NCBI RefSeq assembly: GCF_006345805.1
Contig: NC_043010.1
Coordinates: 32,984,001-33,048,000 of the forward strand
Source of the DNA: Octopus sinensis
Taxonomy: Eukaryota
Length of the DNA stretch: 64,000 bases
Reading direction: 5' to 3'
Shown here: positions 52,854 to 64,000 of the stretch, in pieces
Position numbering within the stretch: position 1 is the stretch's first letter
Layout of the letters: every line of letters starts with the position of its first letter
Notes under the pieces: generated by a model
Told to the model about the DNA's origin: nothing
Databases searched by the model: none
Seen by the model: only the letters and a program-made list of their open reading frames with translations
Position numbers and translations under genes: made by a program

Positions 52854-52900
52854 TACACACACACACACATACACAGAACGGATTTTATATAATAGATATA
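52689..52900 (+). mobile_element. Short Helitron/Helentron (HINE/Lep1-like) non-autonomous element
   Basis: Starts a^CTAGCTGTTGGACCCGGCCTTGCCCG inside (TA)n, has an internal microsatellite, and ends ttttatataatagat. Resemblance is from recalled family architecture only. Confidence 0.45.
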
Positions 52901-52929
52901 TATAAAATAAAACAAGGAAAGGTAAGAGA

Positions 52930-53100
52930 TAAGAACAATGTTTTCCTTGGTAATGGCAGTTACTGGACGTCCAAACCTAAGGTCATCTTCAAAACTCTCC
53001 CCCACATCTCCGGATGTAGTAACCATGTCAGCATGAATGTCGTTGGGGTGGGGGATTAGCCCTTTTTCTGCAGGTACTTGATAACACCACGATGCCAAAT
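52930..53100 (-). mobile_element. mariner transposase N-terminal fragment
   Basis: KGLIPHPNDIHADMVTT..GESFEDDLRFGRPVTAITKENI matches the mariner HTH linker (EDDPRSGRP..T.ENI). Confidence 0.75.
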
Positions 53101-53596
53101 TTTGTCCATTTTCAAAAGAAGTTGCTACTTGTTACTTTTGAAGTCTTCTTTGAACAATCAGATGTCAATTTACCTGGAAAGAAACAATGCAGTTAAATAT
53201 AAAAAGCTTTGAAATTAATGAGAAGACGTGCAATGGTTGTTATAAAATGGAATGTTAGCAAAATAAAACAGTTAAACATGCATCTGAAGAAATCCGCATC
53301 TGGCTGGCAGGTGAGGTTGGTGGCATCAGTCGTTTAAGAATCGAACTACACACTCCTTGAATCTCAGCCAAAAACAAGTAACTCTACACCTTGCAACCAA
53401 GAAATATTCATCCATTAAATCATTTTTAAACATGAAATGAAATAACTCTGTCGACACCCTCACCCCTCCAATATATATCAAGAAACATTGAGATGCTGTG
53501 TAAAGGCTAGAAATAGCAGCCAAATCTCCCTCCAACCACACTCTACTGTTTTCAACAAAAGAACATACAGTGCAATGCAAACCATGATCTTTTATA

Positions 53597-53818
53597 TTGA
53601 GTTGTCCGGAAAGTTCGTGCCGATTTTTAAAGGAAAGAAAAAGGTCAATAAATACTTGCCATTACATTTTTAATCAACAAAATATGAACCATTTTGTTGC
53701 ACCGGTCTCCATCTTTCCTTTAACTTGAAAATACCCTCTTCCCAGAATTGAGGTGCCTGGGAGGCTAAGTCGAAAGGTAAGCTACTTTAAATCAGCACGA
53801 ACTTTCCGGGCAACCCAA
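53597..53818. mobile_element. mariner-derived MITE
   Basis: TIRs ttgagttgtccggaaagttcgtgccgattt / aaatcagcacgaactttccgggcaacccaa; TA at 53595-53596 and 53819-53820. Confidence 0.88.
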
Positions 53819-54296
53819 TACATGAAAAAATTACGAAGATGGAATGTCTGAGCTTATACTAATTTCTTCGTTTCTTCTTGAAATGTATGTGCTTGTGTGT
53901 GTGTGTGTGTGTGCATGCATAATTTTCGGTTTACGCAATGGAAGCTGTATTGAGTTAAAACAGGCATTTATGTTACATACTTAATAATTTATAAATACTC
54001 CATTGACAGACAAGCTACTACGGTTTTTATCCGAGATAAAAATCTTTTGAGAGCGTGCCATGTTTAAAAGCACAGTCGTTTCAGTCGTGGTTAACGGGAA
54101 CACCAGAAGCATATCGGTCTTGTCAGTGGTGTATACTCGCAGCTAGTCATATGCCTGAACGAGATTTGTCGCCACTGATACAGAAAACAGTAAATAATAC
54201 ATAAACTGATATTGCGAATAGCAGCCAGGCTGAATAAATAATCCGGTGTATGCGATTGAAGCAGTATTAAATTAAAGTACCCATCAATATATTATG

Positions 54297-54522
54297 ATTA
54301 ACCCTTAAGCATTCAGATTACTCTTTCAAATTTAATACTTATTTATTCACATTGTTTTGAATAAATCATGCATCAGCCCATAACTTCAATATTTTAATGA
54401 TGGAGTAACTTATTCTTAGATTGACGTTGTAGAATAGGTGAGAGATGCCAGATCTGGCCAGCATTAACATAAAACAGGATATTTTGGCTGGATATGGCCG
54501 GTTTAAGCACTAAATGGTTTAT
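54297..54522. mobile_element. piggyBac-like (TTAA-CCCT) MITE, decayed
   Basis: Begins ttaacccttaagcattc and ends with the degenerate inverse gcactaaatggttta. Confidence 0.45.
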
Positions 54523-54545
54523 ATACATACACACACGCACGCACG

Positions 54546-54616
<71 letters not shown>

Positions 54617-55119
54617 AGAATTGATTCAACTATCCAGGCGTCAACAAACACTTCCTTGCAACAATGTAACATTTCATTTAATCAAGATATCCACGGCCTG
54701 AAGTGTAGCCTGAAGTATACACCTCGATCCGCTCGCTATGAAACATATGTAGCCCAGATCTTATCTACTCCATTGCTTAACACTTGGATTCTTGTTCGCA
54801 CACCCGGCAACCTTGGTCGCCTCCCGTGAAATATAAAAAGAACTTTTTCAGCTTATCGTACTTCGATACGAAAAACTCGCCAACCTTCTGACTCAATAAA
54901 CCACTATTGTCCATGAAAGTCGTTTTTTACGGATTGCTTGAATCTAACTTTCTTCCTACACTTCGATCCGTGGATCTTACATTTATATATATATATATAT
55001 ATATATACGCACACACATATATATACATATGTGTATACACACTCACACACATATACACGCGCGGGCGCGTGCAGAGATGCATATAGTGCTCTTGCTAGCC
55101 GCTGGCGGAACGACTTTTG

Positions 55120-55266
55120 TCTCCCTCCGATATATGTTGCGTTTTTAAACATATCACGTCCATAAGAGATTATATCTCGGACGAAAACCAGTGTAACTTG
55201 CCTATCATTTAAATAAGATACGTATAAGTTATACATAGATATGTATTCTTATAGAAATACACGTAT

Positions 55267-55325
<59 letters not shown>

Positions 55326-56084
55326 CTCTTTACTCTTTTACTCTTTTACTTGTTTCAGTCATTTGACTGCGGCCATGCTGGAGCACCGCCTTTAGTCGAG
55401 CAAATCGACCCCGGGACTTATTCTTTGTAAGCCCAGTACTTATTCTATCGGTCTCTTTTGCCGAACCGCTAAGTGACGGGGACGTAAACACACCAGCATC
55501 GGTTGTCAAGCAATGCTAGGGGGACAAACACAGACACACAAACATATACACACACACTTATATATATATACATATATACGACAGGATTCTTTCAGTTTCC
55601 GTCTACCAAATCCACTCACAAGGCATTGGTCGGCCCGGGGCTATAGCAGAAGACACTTGCCCAAGATGCTACGCAGTGGGACTGAACCCGGAACCATGTG
55701 GTTGGTTAGCAAGCTACTTACCACACAGCCACTCCTGCGCCTATATATATATATATATATATCTTTTACTCTCTTTTACTTGTTTCAGTCATTTGACTGC
55801 GGCCATGCTGAAGCACCGCCTTTAGTCGAGCAAATCGACCCCAGGACTTATTCTTTGTATGCCCAGTACTTATTCTCTCTCGGTCACTTTTGTCCCCCTA
55901 GCATTGCTTGACAACCGATGCTGGTGTGTTTACGTCCCCGTCACTTAGCGGCTCGGAAAAAGTGACCGATAGAATAAGTACTGGGCATACAAAGAATAAG
56001 TCCTGGGGTCGATTTGCTCGACTAAAGGCGGTGCTTCAGCATGGCCGCAGTCAAATGACTGAAACAAGTAAAAGAGAGTAAAAG

Positions 56085-56145
<61 letters not shown>

Positions 56146-56295
56146 TGTATTTCTATAAGAATACATATCTATGTATAACTTATACGTATCTTATTTAAAT
56201 GATAGGCAAGTTACACTGGTTTTCGTCCGAGATATAATCTCTTATGGACGTGATATGTTTAAAAACGCAACATATATCGGAGGGAGACAAAAGTC
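55120..56295. repeat. Nested inverted duplication involving a SINE family B copy
   Basis: ~55120-55527 is inverted at ~55889-56295; ~55765-55888 is a further inverse of ~55960-56085; the parent SINE is at 55330-55742 (-). Confidence 0.9.
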
Positions 56296-56829
56296 GTCCG
56301 ATTTCCACTCATATAGTAATTTATCTTTTCTAAAACTTTCGTTGCGTCCTGCAACTTTTTCAATAATTGTTGACTCAGTCCATTATCAGAGCTGCGTTCT
56401 TTTGGTTTGTTTATTTGTGCGCATGTGTATACGTCAGTGTGCATGTACATGCACATATGTATGTATACATGTATGTATGAGTGTGTATGTATGCATGTGT
56501 GTATGCATATATATGTATGCGTGTGTGTACGTTTGTATGTATGTATTCTGCATATTCGTGTGTTTGTGTGTTCATTTTTGTGTGTTTGTATGAGTGTGTG
56601 CGTTTGTATTTGTGTGTACTTCTGTCTCCTTGTGTATGCATGTTTGAGTGTGTCTATGTGTATGGATTTGTATGCCTGTACGTGTGTCTGTTATGTATGT
56701 ATGTGTGTATGTGTGTGTGTCCTTGTCTGTCCGTATTACCTATGCATCTATCTACCTATTTATCTATCTGTTTACTTACATATCCATTTACTTACACGCA
56801 CACATAGTTTAACAAAGGAATCAATGGTT

Positions 56830-57325
56830 GATTCAGCAAAATGGTAATGTGAAAATTATAAGATAATTAAAGGTGCCTAGACGCAATTTAAAGCCAACAA
56901 GGAAATGATTCACCTTCACTAAAAATGACTAAGGCTGCTGGGTAGTACCGGCATTGCTAGAAACAAAAGAGTAAAAGACTTTAACCACGTCAAAAGCACT
57001 GTTCTATGTACTGACAAGGGAGACAACCATTATAATTTTCACATTGCCATTTTGCTGAAACAGCTATTGGTTCTTATGGTAAATTCTGTAAAGACTGACA
57101 AATGGAATTCAGCTTCACTACCAGCATTAGAGTAGCACTACCGATGAGCATTAATTTCATTCGAAATTGGCGTGCCAATCTCATGCCCTCACTTTCTGTG
57201 GGGAGGTTGTCTCCCTTGTCAGTACATAGAACCGTGCTCAGTTCGGGGCTAAAGAGTCTTTAATTCTTGATTTTAGCAATGCTAGTACCTCCCTGCACGT
57301 TTAGTCACTTTTAGTGACAGTGAAT
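56830..57325. repeat. Diverged inverted-repeat element
   Basis: ~56905-57030 vs ~57205-57325 (ctatgtactgacaagggagacaacc / ggttgtctcccttgtcagtacatag); also ~56830-56860 vs ~57030-57058. Confidence 0.65.
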
Positions 57326-57758
57326 TTTTCTTTTTTTGGTTTTAAATTACATCTAATTATTTTATACATGTGTGTGTATAAGTGTGTGTGTGTGTGTGAA
57401 TCAAGACTAACCAAGGCCAATGAACACTGACTGTGCGATTAAGATATCTGTTTCGCAACTCAGTGGTTTTGGCGTCATATTCCACACCATTTTGGTGTCT
57501 TCTAGCCTAAATTCGGGTCGGCCATTAACTTGTAAGTGGAATCGGAGTAAAAAGTCGGTCAGACTAACACTTCCTTTTCTGGGTTTACCACTCACACTAC
57601 TACCCAATAGCCTTTGGGAATCTAGCATAGGTACCTGGTCTGAAGACAACTTCTTATCTTCTCTCCCACCACCTCGCCCAATTATCGAATGCCCTGAAAA
57701 GACTCACAAAATGCAGTCTGTTTTATCATTATTATTATTGTTGTTGTTGTTGTCGTCG

Positions 57759-57801
<43 letters not shown>

Positions 57802-57829
57802 CATCATCATCATTATTACTATTATTATT

Positions 57830-60432
57830 TATGGGTTTTTCTTCTCCTTTCAAATTTGCTTCTATTTCTTTCTTCCCGACTCCTAGGACAAAGAAACTCA
57901 TAGTATACATTGGTAGGCCATTAAACTAAACTCACTAGTTCGTTCATTTTTTTTTAAGTTAAATTAAAATACATGGGTAGTAATAGTTCTCACATCGACA
58001 ATGCTCTTCTCAATACGTGAGATGTACGAGTTAAGACAATCTTTTGCACTTCTTGCAGGGATGGTAAGCCAGGGATCATTCTCATATAATTTTCGGTTCC
58101 CTTCTTGATCATTCCTAGTGCTCCTACGATCACTGGTATTGTAACCGCCTTGAGATGCCACATTTTCTCAATTTCAATGAGCAGATCTTTATATTTTCTG
58201 AGCTTGTCAAATTCTTTCGCCGAGATATTATGATCACAGGGGATGCTCATGTCGATCAATAAGCATACTTTATTGTTTTGGTCTTTCACAACAATATCTG
58301 GTTTATTGGCTTTGATGGTTCGGTCTGTATGTACTGGAAAGTCCCACAGAATCGTTACATTTTCTCCTTCAGTTACAGATTCAGGGTGGTGATTATACCA
58401 CTTGTCGGCAGCTTTGATATTGTAATGCCGACTTATTAGCCAGTGTAGATATTGGCCAACTCTGTCATGTCTTAATTTATACTCCACTGGTGCTAAGACT
58501 TTACATTCAGAGATTAGGTGGTCCACTGTTTCAATCATGTCGCTGCAGAATCGGCATTTTGGGCCTGCTCCATTTTTCATCACATTGGCCTGGTAGTTCC
58601 GGGTTAATAGGCTTTGATCTTGAGCAGCCAGGATGAAACCTTCGCTCTCTGCTTTTAGCCCTGAACTCCGTAGCCACTGATGGGTTTCCTTCTGGTCAAC
58701 ATCAGCTTGTTTGCTACGGGCCACATATTTGCCGTGCAGAGGTTTCTCCTCCCATCTATCAGCCAATTGCTCGTGCGCTTTTTTCTTTGCCATTATTTTC
58801 ACCTTCTTTGCAACAATAGTTGCCGTACTTCCCTCGGGTTGTTCAGTTTGGGTATCCTGCACGAGATCAATAGCAAATTTTTTGCTTTCCTTTATGATAG
58901 AATGAAGCTTCTTTCGTCTCTCGTGATTTTCCACGAGCTTTAGCATCCAGTCATTCGTTATTTCAAGATATTTGGCCAGTCCAATAGTGGTTGTTTTGTA
59001 AGCTAGTTCAAATTGGATCAGGCCTCGACCTCCTTGGGCTCTGGAGAGGTAAAGGCGATCTACGTCTGCCTTTGGGTGGTGCATCCTATTACAACTCAGC
59101 AGCTTGCGTATTTTCCTATCTATATTTTTTACTTCATTCATATTCCAGTTCAACACATTGTAGCTATAAGTAACAACTGGAACTGCTAAGGAATTTATAG
59201 CTAACACCTTGTTACGTGCATTTAGTTCAGATTTCAGGACTGCTCGAACTCTCCTATAACATTCCTTCCTGATCTTCTCTTTCATGCTTGCATGCTGAAT
59301 ATCAGAGCCTTCATTTATCCCTAAATATTTGTAGGGTTGTTCTTGCTCAAGCTCTCTTATGACTGTGTCAACATCTAACACGACTGAATTTGTGGTCTTC
59401 ACTTTCCCTTTCTGGAAAGTGGCCTTGACACACTTCTCAATCCCAAACTCCATCCCGATGTCATCACTGAATGCTTTCACAGTGCGCAATAGGCCTTCAA
59501 GTTCATTATCGTCTTTACCATAGAGTTTTAAGTCATCCATATAAAATAGATGGCTTATTTTTTTATTGACAATTTTATACTCATACCCTGTACTGTTTAA
59601 TTCACTTGTAAGGGGTATTAGGGCTATGCAGAATATTAGAGGTGAAAGTGAGTCACCTTGAAAAATTCCACAGTTGATGTTTATATTCTCTGAGGCAAGT
59701 ACTCCATTAGAGTGGTATAATTGGAGATTCGTATTCCACAACGACATATTATGCTTCAGGAAGCTTGAAATCACAGGGGAAATTTTGAAGATGTCCAGCG
59801 ATTTCAAGATCCATGAATGAAGTATACTGTCGAAGGCATTTTTATAGTCAATCCATGCGGAGCTGAGATTTCTGCGCTTGTTGTGACAGTTCTCAAGGAT
59901 CATACAATTAATTAGCAGTTGATCTTTGCATCCGTATGAGCCACGGCTGCACCCTTTTTGTTCAATGGGGAAAATATCGTTCTTCTCCATGAATGCATAT
60001 GTTTTCTCCGCCAGGATAGATGTTAGGATTTTATACGTGGTGGATAAACAGGTTACAGGCCGATAGTTTTTTGGAAGTTTGGTTTCGTTATTCTTAGGGA
60101 GTAGGTAAGTAATACCACTTGCTAACCATTCAGGTGTTTTCTTTGGGTCTCTCATAATTCCATTGAGCAGCTGAACTAGCTTACCGTGTGCGCATGGGAG
60201 CGATGCGAGCCAGAAATTCGGCACCCTATCTTTACCGGAGGATTTCCGATTATGGGCCTTCGTGAGTGCCTTTCTTAGGTCTGCTATTGTGATGTCTTCC
60301 CATGCTTGTTGTTGTAAATTTTGGTAGGATACTTCTGTTTGTATAATCCAGTCTGCATTTATGTTGTACGTCTTCTCGTCACTCCAAATCCTTTTCCAAA
60401 AGTTTTGAACTTCTTCCATGGGAGGAGGGTCT
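57830..60432 (-). mobile_element. R4/Dong-like RLE non-LTR retrotransposon, 5'-truncated, inserted in (TAA)n
   Basis: Contains the 809-aa ORF and a ~160-bp 3' UTR; TAA-type repeats lie at both junctions. Confidence 0.93.
57990..60419 (-). CDS. Reverse transcriptase plus restriction-like endonuclease (RLE) of an R4/Dong-like element
   Basis: Uninterrupted ORF. RT motifs NYRPVTCL, WIDYKNAFDS, GIFQGDSLSP, LFYMDDLK, YKYLG; CRFC..HLISEC knuckle; RHD; PDIV..IDMSIP..KLRKYKDL (PD-D/ExK). The start Met is probably internal. Confidence 0.95.
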   Translation of the reverse strand: MEEVQNFWKRIWSDEKTYNINADWIIQTEVSYQNLQQQAWEDITIADLRKALTKAHNRKSSGKDRVPNFWLASLPCAHGKLVQLLNGIMRDPKKTPEWLASGITYLLPKNNETKLPKNYRPVTCLSTTYKILTSILAEKTYAFMEKNDIFPIEQKGCSRGSYGCKDQLLINCMILENCHNKRRNLSSAWIDYKNAFDSILHSWILKSLDIFKISPVISSFLKHNMSLWNTNLQLYHSNGVLASENININCGIFQGDSLSPLIFCIALIPLTSELNSTGYEYKIVNKKISHLFYMDDLKLYGKDDNELEGLLRTVKAFSDDIGMEFGIEKCVKATFQKGKVKTTNSVVLDVDTVIRELEQEQPYKYLGINEGSDIQHASMKEKIRKECYRRVRAVLKSELNARNKVLAINSLAVPVVTYSYNVLNWNMNEVKNIDRKIRKLLSCNRMHHPKADVDRLYLSRAQGGRGLIQFELAYKTTTIGLAKYLEITNDWMLKLVENHERRKKLHSIIKESKKFAIDLVQDTQTEQPEGSTATIVAKKVKIMAKKKAHEQLADRWEEKPLHGKYVARSKQADVDQKETHQWLRSSGLKAESEGFILAAQDQSLLTRNYQANVMKNGAGPKCRFCSDMIETVDHLISECKVLAPVEYKLRHDRVGQYLHWLISRHYNIKAADKWYNHHPESVTEGENVTILWDFPVHTDRTIKANKPDIVVKDQNNKVCLLIDMSIPCDHNISAKEFDKLRKYKDLLIEIEKMWHLKAVTIPVIVGALGMIKKGTENYMRMIPGLPSLQEVQKIVLTRTSHVLRRALSM

Positions 60433-60452
60433 TTATTATTATTATTATTATT

Positions 60453-60551
<99 letters not shown>

Positions 60552-61104
60552 GAGTGAGAGAGCAGTTCATGCCATCAAAGTGACACTGGGGTAAAATATA
60601 CGAAGCCCAATATACCCATCATGACTACCCGTCTGATAAGGGCACACCAGGCACATGCATCACAACCATATGTGCGCGACATGGTGATCTCATATCAAGA
60701 TAAACAGCACATGACCTTGCAGGTGGGGCACAGTTAGAATTTTCTTCAGGTTGAGTAGCCCATCCCGCTCAAACGGTCCCTGAATAAGGGTTGTTTAAGG
60801 ATGTTGAAAGAACCACCCATGTTTCCAGAGGTGAATTATTCAAACCCCAAAGAATCCCTCTCAACACATGGCTATGATGCTCCCCCACTACTTCTGCTTG
60901 TGATCAGAGATGCACATATCGTCAGCCACTAAGGGACATGCTCAACTGGTTAAGGTCAAACAACTGACAAGCAAATCTGTGGTATTGAGCAGAATATTTG
61001 CTGTAGCCCATCTTTTATACCAACAGAAAAAACAATGCATGATAACACTTCCAATCAGTTAAGATCAGAAGCCATGAGAGCCATTGCCTGGTACTGCATC
61101 AGGC

Positions 61105-61107
<3 letters not shown>
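60552..61107. mobile_element. ~556-bp non-coding interspersed element flanked by (TAA)n on both sides
   Basis: Complex sequence with sharp boundaries inside (ATT)n, no ORF, terminal hairpin tgcctg-9nt-caggca (61085-61105). Confidence 0.7.
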
Positions 61108-61162
<55 letters not shown>

Positions 61163-61313
61163 ATTATTATTATCATCATTATTATTATTAAAGGATTGAC
61201 GTAACTCCTCACAAAGGTAATAGACAATACGAAGAGCGCGATGCTACTGCAATAGATATTTTTATTGGTTTGAATAAAATATGAATCGTAGTAGTTTCGC
61301 GCTCTTCGTTTTG

Positions 61314-61357
<44 letters not shown>

Positions 61358-61459
61358 CATCATTATTATTATTATTATTATTATATTATTATTATTATTA
61401 TTATTATTATACTACTACTACTACTACTACTACTACTATTATTACTATTATTATTATTA

Positions 61460-61497
<38 letters not shown>

Positions 61498-61505
61498 CAT
61501 TATTA

Positions 61506-61536
<31 letters not shown>

Positions 61537-61541
<5 letters not shown>

Positions 61542-61680
61542 AATTCCGCCGAGGTCGACTTTGCATTTTATCCTTTTGGGGTCGATAAATTAAGTACCAG
61601 GGAAATACTGGGTCGATATAATCGACTAGTCGCCTCCCAACAAAAATTGATTGCAGGCCTTGTGCCTATAGTAGAAAGGA
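61537..61680 (+). mobile_element. SINE family A, 5'-truncated
   Basis: ttcaaattccgccgaggtcgactttgc..gggtcgataaattaagtacc..gcaggccttgtgcct. Confidence 0.8.
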
Positions 61681-61926
61681 ATATTATTATTATTATTATT
61701 ATATTTATTCAAGGGGGAAGATAGTGCCCTTTTACATGGGCTCCGAAACTGGTAGAAGGAAGAGAAGGGAATACAACAAAAATAAACTCAGAGGTGTTAA
61801 TGTAGCTGTAATTAAACATGAAAAATAATCAAGGTTCTGCTGTATATAGTGACTCTTAATTATTACGTTAAATATTCACAATTCAAACGCTTTCCAGTAA
61901 ATTACATAAATATTTCTATGATATAT

Positions 61927-62350
61927 AGGGCGGGCTTATAACTTTTTCCCAAACGTATACTGCTTATTGTTATGGACATTTACAGATATTTTCATGGCAG
62001 CTTTTACTGGAAATGATAATCTTCTATAGAATGAAAAAAACTGAGCCGACTTCAAAGGAATTTAACTTGGATATGTAATGTCTTTATCAATTTACACAGC
62101 TGTGCAGCAGTGCAGCATGACATAGACGCCAGTTAGTTGCGAAAAAACTATCCAAATTTTCAATGGTGCAACGGTATTCAATGTCGACACAGAGATGGAT
62201 GTATGTTAAGTTCTTTGTGTAAACACAAGGTTTTGATTTCTAGACTACTGAGTAATAACTTGGGCGAATGTTTTTTGTGTTGTTTTTTTTACCGTAATGG
62301 CTGACTTGTGAGTAAAATTTGGTCCCCAGAAACTGTGTGGAAGCCGTCAG
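61927..62350 (+). mobile_element. Tc1/mariner (maT-like) 5' end, decayed
   Basis: TIR-like tagggcgggcttataactttttccc, then MVQRYSMSTQRWMYVKFF resembling the maT transposase N-terminus. Confidence 0.4.
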
Positions 62351-62714
62351 TAGAACCGTTTTTGTTCTTGAGTGGTGGACCTTATTCATTACCCAGTTTA
62401 ACACTACCTCTTAGTCCTTTGGAGTCTTTACCGGAGTCTACTTTCTTTATCGTTTAGGAAATGAAGGGCAACATATACGGTCCTTTATGTTTTAGAGTGC
62501 TCTAAGACTGGTGAAATGATAAAACAAAGTTATCTTCAAACCGGAGTCTTTGACCAAATTCTTGCAACAAAGTGAACTCCACTAAAGAGCAAGTGTTGAT
62601 TTTAAATTAGATTAAAACTGATTAAGTCTGCCACCTCAAAATTTAGGAGACAAAGAACTAGAATAAGCATCACAATACATCTCGTCTAGTGATCTAACAA
62701 TTCAGTCAGCCCAC

Positions 62715-62850
62715 AACCTTTAACTGGTGCTTTAGTTTATCGACCCCCGAACGGATGAAAGACAAATTTGACTATGGTGAGATTTGAACTTAAAGCGCGA
62801 TAACTAGAACAAATATTGCAATGCATTTATTTTTTTTTTTAGCGTTCTAA
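62715..62850 (-). mobile_element. SINE family A, decayed
   Basis: taactggtgct..tttatcgacccccgaacggatgaaagacaaa..atttgaact. Confidence 0.65.
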
Positions 62851-63539
62851 TGACTCTGCCTATTTATTCGGGCCGAATCTCTCCCTCCCCACTTGGGAGT
62901 CTCTTTAAAAAGGGTCATAGGTGCTACCCCGTTTCTCTACTGACGAAGCCTTTAATAAAGAACAATAAACCACACCGAAGTCAACTTTTACTATTATCAT
63001 TAGTAATAGGTGGATATACTGAATAATATTTCTGGTTGGTGGCCATTGTGATGGAATCAGCTGAGGAGAATAAGCTCATGGGATTATATTTCTCTTTGAT
63101 TTCCATATCAATAAATCCTTATTAAATCGGTGCAGGAGGAATACGGCAAACACATGTCCAGGTCCGGGTGTTATTAATGCTGCACGTGTTCACGACTCTG
63201 TCAGCTCACTACCTTACGAGCTTATATAATATTGAACGTCTGTTCCAATATCATTAACCAGGGCTCAGCAACACTATTGAAAGGGAAGGGATCCGGCAAC
63301 GATTTGGAAAACGTGTTCTAGTGAGGAGTTTGGTGAGCGAGGTGCAGGAGTGTATACAAAAGTAGGATCGGTCGATGCATCGAGTGATGGACGAGGTGTG
63401 AGTGTTACACAGTTTATCAGGAGCAAATGCAACTGTTGTTGCAGTATAAGAAGTAGAGAGAAGAAACAGGATGTTTGTGGGCTTGTTATATAGCGTATCA
63501 GTAAGTGAATCTTTACAAATCAGTCGCGTGACTAAGAGT

Positions 63540-64000
63540 GGTTGTTGTTGCTGTTGTTTTTACTGATGTTGTTGTTGTTGTTGCTGCTGCTGCTGCTGTT
63601 GTTGTTGTTGTTGTTGTTGTCTAGGATGTTTGTGTCTGTAGCAGCAGTTCTTGGCAAACATGTCGAGTCGGGATCATCACCACAGCAAAACTTAGTCAGA
63701 TTCCAGATGGCATGTATATTTCAAATTGCTAGGACGTTAAGTATAAATAAATATTAACCATTATCACCATCACGATCACCATCATCATCATCATCATCAT
63801 AATCATCATCATCACCATCGTTACTATCACCACCACACCATCACCACCACAGAATCATCATCACTACCACCATCATCGTTACCGCCACTATCATCCTCAC
63901 CACCACCACCATTACTACTGTCGTCGACGTCGTCGTCATCATCACCATCATCATCATCACCATCATCATCATCACCATCATCATCACCACTATCATCATA
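63540..64000. repeat. (GTT)n and (CAT/CAC)n trinucleotide low-complexity tracts
   Basis: Direct reading. Confidence 0.9.

Noticed and set aside
60552-61107. HDV-like or hammerhead ribozyme in the TAA-flanked element
   Set aside because: A P3/L3-like ggc-tctcatg-gct and a CTGACGA are present on the minus strand, but no matching P1 or GAAA/stem set could be built by eye.
62938-62960. CTGACGAAGCC hammerhead 5' half
   Set aside because: No downstream stem II closure or GAAAC.

Overview
Eukaryotic, AT-rich, microsatellite-saturated DNA. The SINE families and the (TA)n/(CA)n/(ATGT)n/(ATAG)n/(ATT)n load point to a cephalopod, most likely Octopus (inference). No host protein-coding exon, tRNA, intact rRNA or CRISPR array can be supported, and most ORF-track entries are translated microsatellites. 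The window is a transposon graveyard with these components: (1) three R4/Dong-like RLE non-LTR retrotransposons (one with an open 809-aa RT+RLE frame sitting in (TAA)n, one lacking its RT domain, one decayed); (2) several Penelope-like element (PLE) remnants; (3) an internally deleted hAT with TIRs and a perfect 8-bp TSD; (4) Tc1/mariner, BEL/Pao, RTE and I-clade fragments; (5) many tRNA-derived SINEs, one preceded by a full-length decayed 5S rRNA copy. The most notable items found by reading the DNA are as follows. About ten minimal type I hammerhead ribozyme motifs from at least five sequence families occur here, two of them with canonical cores and triplets (24415-24496, 41068-41132). A foldback element carries a 126-bp higher-order TTAGGG-derived array. 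Local inverted or templated duplications anchored on microsatellites recur across the window. Coordinates of decayed repeats are approximate and identities were judged by eye.
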